From Actinomycetota bacterium (GTDB taxonomy: Bacteria; Actinomycetota; Humimicrobiia; Humimicrobiales; Humimicrobiaceae), in assembly GCA_028717265.1 (NCBI GenBank), contig JAQUOE010000001.1, forward strand, positions 16,963 through 80,962: DNA of 64,000 nt, read 5' to 3'. Position numbers and translations under genes: made by a program. The notes under the pieces are model-generated. The model did no database searches and was not told the DNA's origin. It saw nothing but the letters and a program-made list of their open reading frames with translations. This document shows positions 9,869-20,219 of this stretch, one piece after another; position 1 is the stretch's first letter, and the number at the start of each line of letters is the position of its first letter.

Positions 9869-9991
9869 TTAAAAAGGTTGTATTGGTCCGTTTTTAAAAA
9901 TTTTAAAGAGATTAGAAAAGTTTGGTTTTTTAAATTTAGGATTTTATATTAAAATAATCACAATTAGAAAAGTGCTCCGGGAGAATAAAAT

Positions 9992-10951
9992 ATTTTAAGA
10001 ATTTTAATAACAGGTATTGCCGGATTTGCCGGCAGACATCTTACCTCTTATCTCGCTGGGAAAGATAATAACAAAATTTTGGGAACAGACCTGACTGTAA
10101 AAAATTTTAATCTGGATGATTCTACCGGCGAAATAGAATTTGAAGAAGCGGATATCACCCATAGAGAGAAAATTTTCAGTATAATCAAGAAATTCAAACC
10201 TGATCAGGTATACCATCTTGCCGCTCAAAGCTCTGTAAGTCATTCCTGGGAAGATCCGGTAGAGACCTTCAGAATCAATGTTTTCGGGGGAATAAATATT
10301 TTAGAGGGCCTAAAGATTTTTTGCCCGGAATGCAGGATTCTTATGGCATGCACTGCCGAAGAATACGGAGAAACAGATATTCCGGATAAGCCGGTAGATG
10401 AACAATTCAGGATCTTTCCCCAGAATCCATATGCCATAAGTAAATCGGCCCTGGATTTTTTATCCTCTGTTTATTATGGTGCATACAAACTTCCGGTCTT
10501 TATAAGCAGGGCATTCAATCATATCGGTCCGGGTCAGTCCGAAAGATTTGTATGTTCGGATTTCGCAAGGCAAATAGCCCTTACGGAAAGCGGCAAACAG
10601 GAACCGGAAATATGGGTCGGGAATATACAATCAGAGAGAGATTTTCTGGATGTAAGGGATGCAGTGAAAGCATACTATTTTATAATAAACAAAGGCCGCC
10701 CGGGCCAGGTTTATAACGTCTGTTCGGGAAGGAAATTGAAGATTTCGGATTTACTTGATATGCTCATATCTTTCAGTAAAAGATCGGACATTAAAGTGAA
10801 GATCGACCGGAAGAAATTAAGGGCAATCGATGTCAAATCGATGTACGGAGATAATAGTAAATTAAAAAACCATACCGGATGGATTCCCGGTTATTCCATC
10901 GAAACATCACTAAAGGATACGCTTGATTACTGGAGAGGAAAAACCGGTTAA
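9992..10951 (+). CDS. NAD-dependent epimerase/dehydratase, GDP-6-deoxy-D-mannose reductase (Rmd)-like, with a probable ATT start
   Basis: The Rossmann motif ILITGIAGFAGRHL is encoded at 9995-10040. That is upstream of the first canonical start, TTG at 10079, where the ORF track begins. There is an in-frame stop at 9986, a GGGAGA Shine-Dalgarno at 9979-9984, and ATT at 9992. Downstream motifs are HLAAQSSVSHSWEDP and YAISK (YxxxK). The resemblance to Rmd/Gmd is from memory. Confidence 0.55.
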   Translation: MLRILITGIAGFAGRHLTSYLAGKDNNKILGTDLTVKNFNLDDSTGEIEFEEADITHREKIFSIIKKFKPDQVYHLAAQSSVSHSWEDPVETFRINVFGGINILEGLKIFCPECRILMACTAEEYGETDIPDKPVDEQFRIFPQNPYAISKSALDFLSSVYYGAYKLPVFISRAFNHIGPGQSERFVCSDFARQIALTESGKQEPEIWVGNIQSERDFLDVRDAVKAYYFIINKGRPGQVYNVCSGRKLKISDLLDMLISFSKRSDIKVKIDRKKLRAIDVKSMYGDNSKLKNHTGWIPGYSIETSLKDTLDYWRGKTG

Positions 10952-10983
10952 AGAATCTATTGTTGAGATGAAAAGGAGTTAAA

Positions 10984-12099
10984 TTGAAAGCAGTAATATT
11001 AGCCGGCGGGGAGGGAACAAGATTGCGCCCGATTACCTATTTGAACCCAAAACCGATGCTTCCCCTGGTAAACAGGCCCTTTATGGAAAAATTTGTTTTA
11101 TGGATCAAATCCCATAAGATCGAAGATATAATTTTTTCCACTGGCTATCTTCAGGGGATTTTTAAAAGCTATTTTGGAGACGGAAGCAGATATAAAATGA
11201 AGTTTATCTATGTACAGGAAAAGGAACCCCTGGATACCTGCGGAGGCGTAAAGAATGTGGAGAAATATCTGGATGGTAATAGTTTCATGGTATTTAACGG
11301 TGATATTCTTTCTTCAATCGATCTGACCGAAATGGCAGCCTTTCATAAGAGAAAAAGAGCGGATATAACAATATCGCTTACCAGAGTCGAAAACCCTGAA
11401 TCTTATGGTCTGGTGCCTGTTGATAAAGAAAGCAGAGTGATGCAGTTTCTCGAGAAACCTGAACGTGGTGAAGCCACCACTGATTTGATTAATGCCGGAA
11501 TATATATCATAGAGCCAGATATTATGGGACTGGTACCAAAAGGTAAAAGGTACTCTTTCGAGAGAGATCTTTTTCCCGATGTTCTGGATAAGGGATATAA
11601 AGTTTTTGGTTATGTTTCCGATGAATACTGGCTCGATGTCGGGACACCCCGGAAATATCTAATGGCGCACTGGGATGTTTTATATAAAAAGATAAATTTT
11701 AAATTCCCTTATAAAGAAGTTATGGAAAATATATATATAGGGGAAGATACAGAGTATTCAAAAAATAATTTCGTTTCAGGGCCGGTTGTTATAGGGGAAA
11801 AGACAAGAATGGAAAGCAGCGTAAAGATAATGCCCCTTACGGTAATAGGTGATGATTGTCGTATATCCGGAGGAACAGAAATATCAGAAAGCATAATTTT
11901 TGGCAGCTGCAAAATAGGTGAAAAATGCCTGATAAAAAGGGCAATAATTTCAAATAATGTAAAAATCGATGACAATGTGATAATAGAGGACTATGCCGTT
12001 ATCGGAGATAACAGCAAAATTGGGAAAAATAATATATTGAAAAACGGCGTAAAGATTGGTATAAATTCTAACATTGCACCGGGGCAGATTTCTTTTTAA
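10984..12099 (+). CDS. sugar-1-phosphate nucleotidyltransferase (mannose-1-P guanylyltransferase-like) with a C-terminal left-handed beta-helix
   Basis: TTG start. Has GGEGTRLRPIT (the NTP_transferase G-x-G-T-R) and C-terminal hexapeptide repeats (IGDNSKIGKNNILKNGVKIG). It lies in the GDP-sugar cluster. Confidence 0.65.
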   Translation: MKAVILAGGEGTRLRPITYLNPKPMLPLVNRPFMEKFVLWIKSHKIEDIIFSTGYLQGIFKSYFGDGSRYKMKFIYVQEKEPLDTCGGVKNVEKYLDGNSFMVFNGDILSSIDLTEMAAFHKRKRADITISLTRVENPESYGLVPVDKESRVMQFLEKPERGEATTDLINAGIYIIEPDIMGLVPKGKRYSFERDLFPDVLDKGYKVFGYVSDEYWLDVGTPRKYLMAHWDVLYKKINFKFPYKEVMENIYIGEDTEYSKNNFVSGPVVIGEKTRMESSVKIMPLTVIGDDCRISGGTEISESIIFGSCKIGEKCLIKRAIISNNVKIDDNVIIEDYAVIGDNSKIGKNNILKNGVKIGINSNIAPGQISF

Positions 12100-12156
12100 A
12101 TCAAGTATCTGTCAAAAAGAATTAATTATCAAATTTTTTAGATTTAGGGGGAGATA

Positions 12157-13122
12157 ATGACCAGAGCACTGGTAACCGGAATTACCGGTCAGGATGGTTC
12201 CTACCTGGCGGAGTTTTTATTGGAGAAGAAATATGAAGTCTATGGAATGGTAAGGCGCTCATCTGTAGAGAATTTCAATAGAATAGAACATATAAGGAAC
12301 AAGCTGAAGTTTGTCCAGGCAGATCTGCTGGATCAGTTGTCCATAATAGATGCAATAAAAGAATCCTGTCCCGATGAGATATATAATCTTGGCGCCATGT
12401 CGTTTGTGCCAACATCCTGGAAGCAGCCTGTCCTGACAGGCGAGTTTACCGGATTGGGAGTGACAAGGATGCTGGAGGCGACACGGCATATGAATAAAAA
12501 TATCAAGTTCTATCAGGCATCCAGTTCTGAAATGTTCGGGAAAGTAAAAGAAGTTCCCCAGAATGAGAATACCCCTTTTTATCCCAGAAGTCCTTACGGG
12601 GTAGCAAAAGTCTATGGCCATTACATGACCGTAAACTACAGGGAAAGTTATGATATGTTTACCTGCAGTGGTATACTTTTTAACCACGAATCACCAAGAC
12701 GGGGTCTTGAATTTGTTACTAAAAAGATAACTTACGGGGCGGCTAAAATAAAACTTGGATTGACTGATAACCTGTGTCTTGGAAATCTGGACGCAAAAAG
12801 AGACTGGGGGTATGCTCTGGATTATATCGAAGCAATGTGGCTGATGCTTCAACAGGATAAACCGGAAGATTATGTCATAAGCACCGGAGAGGCACATTCT
12901 GTAAGAGATTGGGTCGAGGCTTCTTTCCGGTGTCTGGATCTTGACTGGGAGAAATTTGTAAAAATCGATAAAAGATTCATCAGGCCGGCTGATGTGGAAC
13001 TTCTGGTAGGAGATTGTTCCAAAGCCAAAGAAAAACTTGGCTGGAAGCCGAAAGTGGGCTTTGAAGAGCTGGTAAAGATAATGGTTGAATTTGATTACAA
13101 TCATTTAAAAAAACAAATGTAA
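12157..13122 (+). CDS. gmd: GDP-mannose 4,6-dehydratase
   Basis: The N-terminus [32 protein letters not shown] is nearly identical in pattern to canonical Gmd. 321 aa. Confidence 0.9.
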   Translation: MTRALVTGITGQDGSYLAEFLLEKKYEVYGMVRRSSVENFNRIEHIRNKLKFVQADLLDQLSIIDAIKESCPDEIYNLGAMSFVPTSWKQPVLTGEFTGLGVTRMLEATRHMNKNIKFYQASSSEMFGKVKEVPQNENTPFYPRSPYGVAKVYGHYMTVNYRESYDMFTCSGILFNHESPRRGLEFVTKKITYGAAKIKLGLTDNLCLGNLDAKRDWGYALDYIEAMWLMLQQDKPEDYVISTGEAHSVRDWVEASFRCLDLDWEKFVKIDKRFIRPADVELLVGDCSKAKEKLGWKPKVGFEELVKIMVEFDYNHLKKQM

Positions 13123-13151
13123 TTTTTAGCTACCGGAGGGAGTTATATCAA

Positions 13152-14597
13152 ATGAAAGAAACCGCTATAAAATTCGGAACCGATGGCTGGAGAGGTATAA
13201 TAGCTGACGAGTTTACTTTCGACGGAGTAAGAATCGTTACGCAGGGTGTCAGTAATTATCTACGTAAAAAAGTGAAAAAAGAAGCCGAACCATGCGTGGT
13301 GCTGGGATATGATACAAGATTCCTTTCCGATAAATTTGCCGGTGTCTCGGCAGAGGTATTTGCGCGCAATGGTATCAGAGTTTATTTTTCCGACAGGATT
13401 ATAACTTCACCAATCCTTTCTCATGCCGTGCTCGAAAAAAAGGCCGACCTGGGTATTATGATCACTGCCAGCCATAATCCTTATTACTATAATGGTTATA
13501 AAATCAAAGGGCCATTCGGCGGTTCCGCTACCATGGATATAATAAGTGAAGTCGAAAAAGAAGTCAGCGAAGTGTCGGAAAATGTCGAACGTTACAGGGA
13601 ATTTTTATATCCTGGAAGCAAAAAAGATGATACTGTCAAAAAAGCGGATTTTTTATCAAGTTACCGGCAAAATATCCTCGGTCAGGTAGACAGGGAGATT
13701 GTAGAAGGTTTTAATTTCGGACTGCTTCTTGAGCCCATGTATGGTGCGGCTCAGGGCATGTTTAAAGATATCCTTGAGACATTTAACCCCATGAATCTTT
13801 TTGAGATGCATTCTATTTTAAATCCGGGATTCGGAGGTATAAATCCGGAACCTATCGGAGACAATCTGGCTGAAGCCAAACGAACCCTCAGGGAGAAAAA
13901 ATACAAGATGGCAATTTGTCTGGATGGTGACGGTGACAGGATCGCGGCTCTGGGTGAGGAAGGCAATTACATAAGCTCCCATCATCTTTATGCCATAGTT
14001 TTATGGTATCTCGCCAGTATAAAAAAAATGAAAGGCAAAGTGATAAAATCAGTCAATCTATCTTCAATAGTGGATAAAATATGCGCCAGATATGATCTGG
14101 AACTTATCACTACTCCCGTGGGATTTAAATATATAGCGGAGCAAATAATAAAAGGCGGAGTCATTATGGGTGGTGAAGAAAGCGGGGGTTTATGGGCAGG
14201 AGGAAATTTGCCGGAAAGAGACGGCATGCTTATGGGCCTGAGACTTCTGGAAATTGTGTGCAGTACGGAAAAGACCATAAACCGGATTCTCGAAGAAATT
14301 TATAATGAATTCGGATATTTTGTTTTTAACAGGATCGACTATAAAATTGGTCCGGAACAAAAGGCAAATTTAAAATCTCTTCTGGAGAGAGGTATCCCCG
14401 ATATTCTTAAGAAAGCAGGTGCCGGAAAAGTCATCACTATAGATGGTTACAAATATATTATGGAGGACAATAGCTGGATAATGATCAGGCCATCCGGAAC
14501 CGAATCGGTGGTAAGGGTATATACGGAAGGTGAAAGCGATAAAAAGATAAAACATCTACAGGAGCTGGGTAAGGAAGTCATAGACAGTGTTTTTTAA
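13152..14597 (+). CDS. phosphomannomutase/phosphoglucomutase (alpha-D-phosphohexomutase)
   Basis: Contains FGTDGWRG, the TASHNP active-serine motif and the GDGDR metal-binding loop. Confidence 0.75.
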   Translation: MKETAIKFGTDGWRGIIADEFTFDGVRIVTQGVSNYLRKKVKKEAEPCVVLGYDTRFLSDKFAGVSAEVFARNGIRVYFSDRIITSPILSHAVLEKKADLGIMITASHNPYYYNGYKIKGPFGGSATMDIISEVEKEVSEVSENVERYREFLYPGSKKDDTVKKADFLSSYRQNILGQVDREIVEGFNFGLLLEPMYGAAQGMFKDILETFNPMNLFEMHSILNPGFGGINPEPIGDNLAEAKRTLREKKYKMAICLDGDGDRIAALGEEGNYISSHHLYAIVLWYLASIKKMKGKVIKSVNLSSIVDKICARYDLELITTPVGFKYIAEQIIKGGVIMGGEESGGLWAGGNLPERDGMLMGLRLLEIVCSTEKTINRILEEIYNEFGYFVFNRIDYKIGPEQKANLKSLLERGIPDILKKAGAGKVITIDGYKYIMEDNSWIMIRPSGTESVVRVYTEGESDKKIKHLQELGKEVIDSVF

Positions 14598-14655
14598 AAA
14601 ACCTGTATTTAGGGAAAATATATTTTAAATAAGATAAAAAAGAAAGGTAGCTATT

Positions 14656-15726
14656 ATGAATTCTCTGGATAATCAGGACAGAATCAAAGAGATTGATAAA
14701 AATGGAATGCTTGAAGCTGAAGAAAATTTTTATCTTCAGCTCCTGGACGCAAAAGAAATTGCCAGCAGGGCTGATTTAGACAAAATAAAAGGAAAGAAGT
14801 TCGATGGTATTGCTATCCTTGGCATGGGTGGATCCGGATTTTCCGGTGATATTATAAAAGCTCTGATAAAAGATGATATAAGTATACCTGTCGAGATAGT
14901 AAAAGGTTATAATTTGCCTTCTTTTGTAAAAAGAGGATGGTTGGTAATTTCTATGAGTTATTCCGGTAATACGGAAGAGACGATTTCTGCGACCGGTATG
15001 GCTCTGGAACGTGGATGCGATGTTTTTGTTGTTTGTTCCGGCGGTAAACTTGAAGGCATCGGGCGCAGTAATGATAAACCTGTAATAAAGATACCTTCAG
15101 GGATTCAGCCAAGAGGCGCAATTGGTTATTTATTTTTTCCCGCTTATCTCGCACTGGGTTATCTTGATATAGTAAATATACACTCCCCGGATATAGAAGA
15201 AGCCCTTGATCTGATTAAAGAGAAAGCCGGCCTTTACAGAAGGGAAATTGTCAGTGAAGACAATCCTGCAAAGAAACTGGCTTTAAAAATTTCTGATTAT
15301 TTACCCATAGTATATGGAACGGAGGGTCTGCTGGCTGCGATTGCCTACAGGTTGAAATGTGAGTTCAATGAAAATTCAAAGACCCCCTCGTGGTGGAACG
15401 AGTTTCCGGAATTAAACCATAATGAAACCGTTGGCTGGGAGAGGTTAAAAGAGACTACCGGGAAATTTATACTCCTGGTTTTTAGAGAAAAAGAAGAGAC
15501 GGTAAGAATAAAGACACGCATTGAAGTGACCCTGAGTCTTATCAGGGAAAATGTAGGTGAAATTGTAGAAATACCGGTCGAAGGTAAATCCAGGCTTGCG
15601 AAAGCTTTATCAGCTCTGTATCTGGGTGATATAACCTCCGTGTATCTGGCACTCCTGAAAGGTATCGACCCCGGCCCGGTGGAAAAAATAGAATCACTAA
15701 AACGCAAACTGGCAGAATTGAAATAA
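14656..15726 (+). CDS. bifunctional phosphoglucose/phosphomannose isomerase (SIS-domain, archaeal type)
   Basis: 356 aa with the ILGMGGSGFSGDI SIS motif. The size and context fit the PGI/PMI family next to a phosphomannomutase. Confidence 0.65.
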   Translation: MNSLDNQDRIKEIDKNGMLEAEENFYLQLLDAKEIASRADLDKIKGKKFDGIAILGMGGSGFSGDIIKALIKDDISIPVEIVKGYNLPSFVKRGWLVISMSYSGNTEETISATGMALERGCDVFVVCSGGKLEGIGRSNDKPVIKIPSGIQPRGAIGYLFFPAYLALGYLDIVNIHSPDIEEALDLIKEKAGLYRREIVSEDNPAKKLALKISDYLPIVYGTEGLLAAIAYRLKCEFNENSKTPSWWNEFPELNHNETVGWERLKETTGKFILLVFREKEETVRIKTRIEVTLSLIRENVGEIVEIPVEGKSRLAKALSALYLGDITSVYLALLKGIDPGPVEKIESLKRKLAELK

Positions 15727-15750
15727 AATGATATAGAAAGGAAAATTTTA

Positions 15751-17007
15751 ATGGATTTCGATGTAAAAGATATTAGTCTGGCAGGAGAAGGCAAGAATAA
15801 GATAGAATGGGCAGCAAAAGAAATGCCGGTACTGCAGGGAATAAAAAAGGACTTTTCAAAAAACAAACCTCTTAAAAAGCTGGTTATAGGAGCCTGTCTT
15901 CATGTTACTTCGGAAACTGCAAATCTCATGATTGCTTTAAAAGAAGGCGGAGCCGATGTGGCTCTATGCGCATCCAATCCTTTAAGCACCCAGGATGATG
16001 TAGCGGCTTCACTTGTAAAAGATTTTAAAATCAAAGTATTTGCCATAAAGGGAGAGGATAATAAGACATATTACCGGCATATAAATAGTGTCCTTGATAC
16101 CGGACCCCGCATTACGATGGATGACGGTGCAGACCTGATTTCAACCATACACAGCAAAAGAAAAGAATTGCTTAAAAGGGTTTACGGAGGAACGGAAGAG
16201 ACAACAACAGGAGTCATAAGGCTCAAGAGCATGGAAAAAAAAGGCGTGCTTTTTTATCCGATTATTGCAGTCAATGATGCTAAAACAAAACATTTCTTTG
16301 ATAACCGCTATGGAACCGGACAGAGCACAATAGACGGGATCCTGAGGGCAACCAATATCCTGCTGGCGGGTAAAAAATTTGTGGTAGCCGGTTACGGCTG
16401 GTGCGGGAGAGGAGTTGCCGCAAGGGCAAAAGGTATGGGTGCTTCTGTTGTTATACTGGAAGTGGATCCCCTTAAAGCACTGGAAGCCAAATTGGACGGA
16501 TTCGACGTGATGAATTCCAGGGAAGCGGCTAAAATAGGAGATATTTTTTTATCTGTCACGGGCAACAAAAATGTGATAGGCGAGATAATCCTGAAAAATT
16601 GCAGCGATGGGGCGATTCTGGCCAATTCCGGCCATTTCGATGCTGAAATCGACTTGAACTATCTCAGAGTAAACAGCACTTCCAAAAAGAAAGTCAGGCC
16701 ATTTGTCGAAGAATATAATATGAAGGACGGCAGAAAGTTGTATGTTCTTGCAGAGGGAAGGCTTGTGAACCTCAGTGCGGCGGAAGGTCATCCGGCAAGT
16801 GTGATGGATATGAGTTTTGCGAATCAGTCCCTGAGCGCAAAGTATATTTTTGAAAAAAGCGGCAGTCTTTCAAAAAAAGTTTATTCGGTTCCGGAAGACA
16901 TAGATAAAAATATTGCAAAACTTAAACTAAAAAACATGGGGGTTAAAATAGATTTATTGACACCCGAGCAGGAGGAATACCTTAGTTCATGGGAAATGGG
17001 GACATAA
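15751..17007 (+). CDS. ahcY: adenosylhomocysteinase (short archaeal/Thermotoga type)
   Basis: Has the ETTTGV motif and a NAD-binding [10 protein letters not shown] motif. The canonical GYGDVGKG form is recalled from memory. 418 aa. Confidence 0.85.
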   Translation: MDFDVKDISLAGEGKNKIEWAAKEMPVLQGIKKDFSKNKPLKKLVIGACLHVTSETANLMIALKEGGADVALCASNPLSTQDDVAASLVKDFKIKVFAIKGEDNKTYYRHINSVLDTGPRITMDDGADLISTIHSKRKELLKRVYGGTEETTTGVIRLKSMEKKGVLFYPIIAVNDAKTKHFFDNRYGTGQSTIDGILRATNILLAGKKFVVAGYGWCGRGVAARAKGMGASVVILEVDPLKALEAKLDGFDVMNSREAAKIGDIFLSVTGNKNVIGEIILKNCSDGAILANSGHFDAEIDLNYLRVNSTSKKKVRPFVEEYNMKDGRKLYVLAEGRLVNLSAAEGHPASVMDMSFANQSLSAKYIFEKSGSLSKKVYSVPEDIDKNIAKLKLKNMGVKIDLLTPEQEEYLSSWEMGT

Positions 17008-18089
17008 ACCGTTATCCGGCAGTCAGCAGAGTATGCACACTCAAATGGGAAAGACAGGTTTTAAGGTTAATAGATCAGAGAAGTCTTCCTTTCAAAGAGA
17101 TGTATGTAAGCTGCAGGTCCGTGGAAAATGTGGCAGAAGCTATAAAAGATATGGTAGTAAGAGGGGCCCCTGCTATTGGAGTTGCTGCCGGTTATGGGAT
17201 TGCGCTGGCAGCTCTGCAATTTAAAGGAAAGAATAAAGAAAAATTTATCATTCATATAGATGAGAGTATAAAGTTACTATCCGGAGCAAGGCCAACAGCA
17301 ATAAATTTATTCTGGGCGCTGGACAGGATGAGAGATGTCCTTGATGAAAACAAAAATCTGGAAATTGAAAAAATCAGGGAAAAATTAATCGAGAAGGCGA
17401 TAGAAATCGAAAAGCAGGATCTCGAGATCAACCGGAAAATCGGTCATCATGGAAAGAAGCTATTCAAAGAAGTAAAAGGCAATATCAGGATCCTTACACA
17501 CTGTAATGCTGGTGCACTGGCGACGTCGGGTTACGGAACGGCGCTTGCGGTGATAAGAAGTCTAAGCGCAGAAAGTAAAGTAGCTAATGTGATAGTAGAC
17601 GAGACGAGACCATTTCTTCAGGGAGCAAGACTTACTGCCTGGGAGCTCTATCAGGAAAAAATACCCTTTTTTATCATATCGGATAATATGGCCGGATATT
17701 TTATGTCAAAAGGGGATGTCGATGCGGTACTGGTTGGCGCAGACAGAATAGCTTCAAACGGTGATACGGCAAATAAAATAGGTACCCTGAGCCTGTCGAT
17801 ACTTGCAGAGTATTACAGGATACCGTTCTATGTTGCGGCTCCGATTTCGACTATTGATATGAAAATAAAAAGTGGGGATAATATCCCTATAGAATATAGA
17901 GATAAAAGAGAAGTGAGAGAGATTCTGGGAAAGGTTATCATACCGGACTTTATGGCAGTAGAAAATCCGGCTTTCGATGTCACACCGGCTGATAAGATAA
18001 CCGCGATCATAACTGAAAATGGCGTTGTTTACCCTCCTTACAAAAAAACGTTGGCAAAATTCTTAAAGATGGATAAACAAGGAAATTGA
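16989..18089 (+). CDS. mtnA: methylthioribose-1-phosphate isomerase (eIF-2B alpha/beta/delta family)
   Basis: 366 aa showing the MtnA/eIF2B-like fold pattern ([12 protein letters not shown]..., ...[18 protein letters not shown]). It overlaps the ahcY 3' end by 19 nt. Confidence 0.75.
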   Translation: MGNGDINRYPAVSRVCTLKWERQVLRLIDQRSLPFKEMYVSCRSVENVAEAIKDMVVRGAPAIGVAAGYGIALAALQFKGKNKEKFIIHIDESIKLLSGARPTAINLFWALDRMRDVLDENKNLEIEKIREKLIEKAIEIEKQDLEINRKIGHHGKKLFKEVKGNIRILTHCNAGALATSGYGTALAVIRSLSAESKVANVIVDETRPFLQGARLTAWELYQEKIPFFIISDNMAGYFMSKGDVDAVLVGADRIASNGDTANKIGTLSLSILAEYYRIPFYVAAPISTIDMKIKSGDNIPIEYRDKREVREILGKVIIPDFMAVENPAFDVTPADKITAIITENGVVYPPYKKTLAKFLKMDKQGN

Positions 18090-18096
18090 TAACAGA

Positions 18097-19239
18097 ATGA
18101 CAGTAAATACGAAAAAAGCTATGGTACTGGCCGCAGGTCTCGGAACAAGACTCCGGCCGCTGACCGATTTGATTTCCAAGCCAATGGCTCCCATAGTCAA
18201 CAGGCCGGTAATGGAGCATATTATAAGACTTCTTGTAAAACATAACTTTACTGATATTATTTGCAATCTTCACTGGTATCCGGATGATATAAAAAATTAT
18301 TTTGGGGATGGATCAAAATGGGGAGTAAACATAATTTACTCCTATGAGGAAGAACTGCTGGGAACAGCAGGCGGTGTTAAAAATGTCGAGTATTTTTTTG
18401 GAAAAGACACATTTTTAGTTATAAGCGGCGATGCCCTTACTGATATTAATTTAACGGATGCAGTAAAATTTCATAAAAATAAAGGCGGCGTAGCAACACT
18501 TATTTTGACTGAAGTAGATGATGCATCCCAGTATGGTGTGGTTTTACTTGATGACAACAAAAGAATAATAGGATTCCAGGAGAAACCTTTAAGCGGTGAA
18601 GCGGAATCAAACCTTGCAAATAGCGGAATATATGTTTTCGAGCCGGAAATATTTAATTATTTGCCTCCCCGGGGACAATTTTGTGATTTTGGCAAAAGTT
18701 GTTTTCCGGATTTATTGAAAAAAGATGTTATATACTATGGTTACCGCCATAATCAATATTGGAACGATGTAGGAAGTCTGGACCAGTATCAACAGGGTAA
18801 TTTTGATGCACTTGAAGGTAAGGTCAGAGTCAGCATCCCCGGGAAAAAAATAAAAGAAGGGGTCTGGATGGGAAAGAACTGTAAAATTGAGGAGGGTGTA
18901 ATAATTATCCCCCCGGCTTGCCTGGGAGATAATTGTACAATAAAAAAAGATGCAAAACTTTATGGCCCTATAATTCTTGGTAACAATACAATTGTAGATG
19001 AAAGGGCAGTTTTATATAGAGGTATTAAGTGGGGCAGCGGTTATATAGGAAAAGATACTTCGCTTATTGGCGCGATCATAGGATACGATGCAAAAATAAG
19101 AGATAAAGCTTCGATTCTGGAAAAAGCGGTTATAGGTTCCGGAAGTATCATAAAGGATGGAATAAAAATCCATCCGAGTGTAAAAATCATGTCCGATAAG
19201 ATAATTGATATTGATACAGAAAACACCACAGAAGGTTAA
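18097..19239 (+). CDS. sugar-phosphate nucleotidyltransferase with a left-handed beta-helix domain, a paralogue of the 10984 gene
   Basis: Has AAGLGTRLRPLT and C-terminal hexapeptide repeats. The architecture is the same as in eIF2B gamma/epsilon and GDP-mannose pyrophosphorylase. Confidence 0.65.
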   Translation: MTVNTKKAMVLAAGLGTRLRPLTDLISKPMAPIVNRPVMEHIIRLLVKHNFTDIICNLHWYPDDIKNYFGDGSKWGVNIIYSYEEELLGTAGGVKNVEYFFGKDTFLVISGDALTDINLTDAVKFHKNKGGVATLILTEVDDASQYGVVLLDDNKRIIGFQEKPLSGEAESNLANSGIYVFEPEIFNYLPPRGQFCDFGKSCFPDLLKKDVIYYGYRHNQYWNDVGSLDQYQQGNFDALEGKVRVSIPGKKIKEGVWMGKNCKIEEGVIIIPPACLGDNCTIKKDAKLYGPIILGNNTIVDERAVLYRGIKWGSGYIGKDTSLIGAIIGYDAKIRDKASILEKAVIGSGSIIKDGIKIHPSVKIMSDKIIDIDTENTTEG

Positions 19240-19921
19240 TCAAAATTTCATAAATATTCTTAAAGATATTCTTATCCCACCTTTATGTGCCGTTTGCGGG
19301 AAGGCCGGTTCAGAATTAGTCTGTCGGCAGTGCATATCAAAAATCAATGAAATCGGTGACCTGGTATGCGATTATTGCGGCAGACCATTATCCAGGATCG
19401 ATTCCGGAAATAAAATGTGCAGTTTTTGTAAAAATGAAGATTTTAATTTTTACAGGCACAGGAGCTTTACTGTTTATGAAGGAGAAATAAAAAAAATAAT
19501 AAGGAAATATAAATACAATAAAATATACGGCCTGAAAGAAATTATTGCAGGATTCTTGGAGAGGACATATTTTATAAATTATAAACATGAGGAAATTGAT
19601 TATATGGATACGGTCCCGGGTGAGCATATGGAAATATTATGCAGATCATTATCGGGATTAATTAAAATTCCATTTGCTGGTAATATATTAAGTATAAAAA
19701 AAATAATAAAGCAGCAGGGGCTCGATTATACACAGAGGAAAAATAATATAAAGGAGGCATTTAAGGTTAAAAATTGTGTACTCAGTTATGGCAAAAATAT
19801 ACTGCTGGTGGATGACGTCTGGACCACAGGAAGTACACTGATGGAGATTTCCGGTATTTTAAAAAGAGCAGGTGCGGATAAAATTTATTTATTAACTATT
19901 GCAAGGGGAAAGGATTCATAG
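19205..19921 (+). CDS. ComF-family protein (zinc-finger plus phosphoribosyltransferase domain)
   Basis: Has N-terminal CAVCGK...CRQC and CDYCGRP...CSFC cysteine pairs and the C-terminal PRTase motif ILLVDDVWTTGSTL. The start is uncertain: ATG at 19205 overlaps the previous gene. Confidence 0.65.
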   Translation: MILIQKTPQKVNQNFINILKDILIPPLCAVCGKAGSELVCRQCISKINEIGDLVCDYCGRPLSRIDSGNKMCSFCKNEDFNFYRHRSFTVYEGEIKKIIRKYKYNKIYGLKEIIAGFLERTYFINYKHEEIDYMDTVPGEHMEILCRSLSGLIKIPFAGNILSIKKIIKQQGLDYTQRKNNIKEAFKVKNCVLSYGKNILLVDDVWTTGSTLMEISGILKRAGADKIYLLTIARGKDS

Positions 19922-20136
19922 TGCCAAAATCGAGGGGATTTGTAAAGTGGTTCAGTCCCGAGAATGGATTCGGTTTTATAGAAGCCAAATCCAGAGGAGC
20001 CGGAGAAATATTCGTAAAATATTCTTCCATAGAGTCTGATGGATTCAAAACATTAAAAAAAGGTCAGAGAGTGGAGTTCGAGTTTGAAAAAGACGAGAGA
20101 GGTGGCATAGCCAAAAAGGTTGTGGTAATAAAGTGA
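19921..20136 (+). CDS. cold-shock protein (CspA family)
   Basis: GTG start. Contains FVKWFSPENGFGFIE (the RNP1-like KGFGFI motif). 71 aa. Confidence 0.8.
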   Translation: MPKSRGFVKWFSPENGFGFIEAKSRGAGEIFVKYSSIESDGFKTLKKGQRVEFEFEKDERGGIAKKVVVIK

Positions 20137-20219
20137 TTCGTAAAGTAATATATTTTAAGTAAATCAGGATATTTATAACATTAATTTTTTAATCAGGTCC
20201 GGGGACCAGGGGGAAAAGG

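Noticed and set aside
20137-20219. A GGTCCGGGGACC mini-palindrome before hpf, as a possible regulatory hairpin.
   Set aside because: It is a 5-bp stem with a 2-nt loop. That is too small and sterically implausible, and it overlaps the G-rich SD region. I take it as chance.
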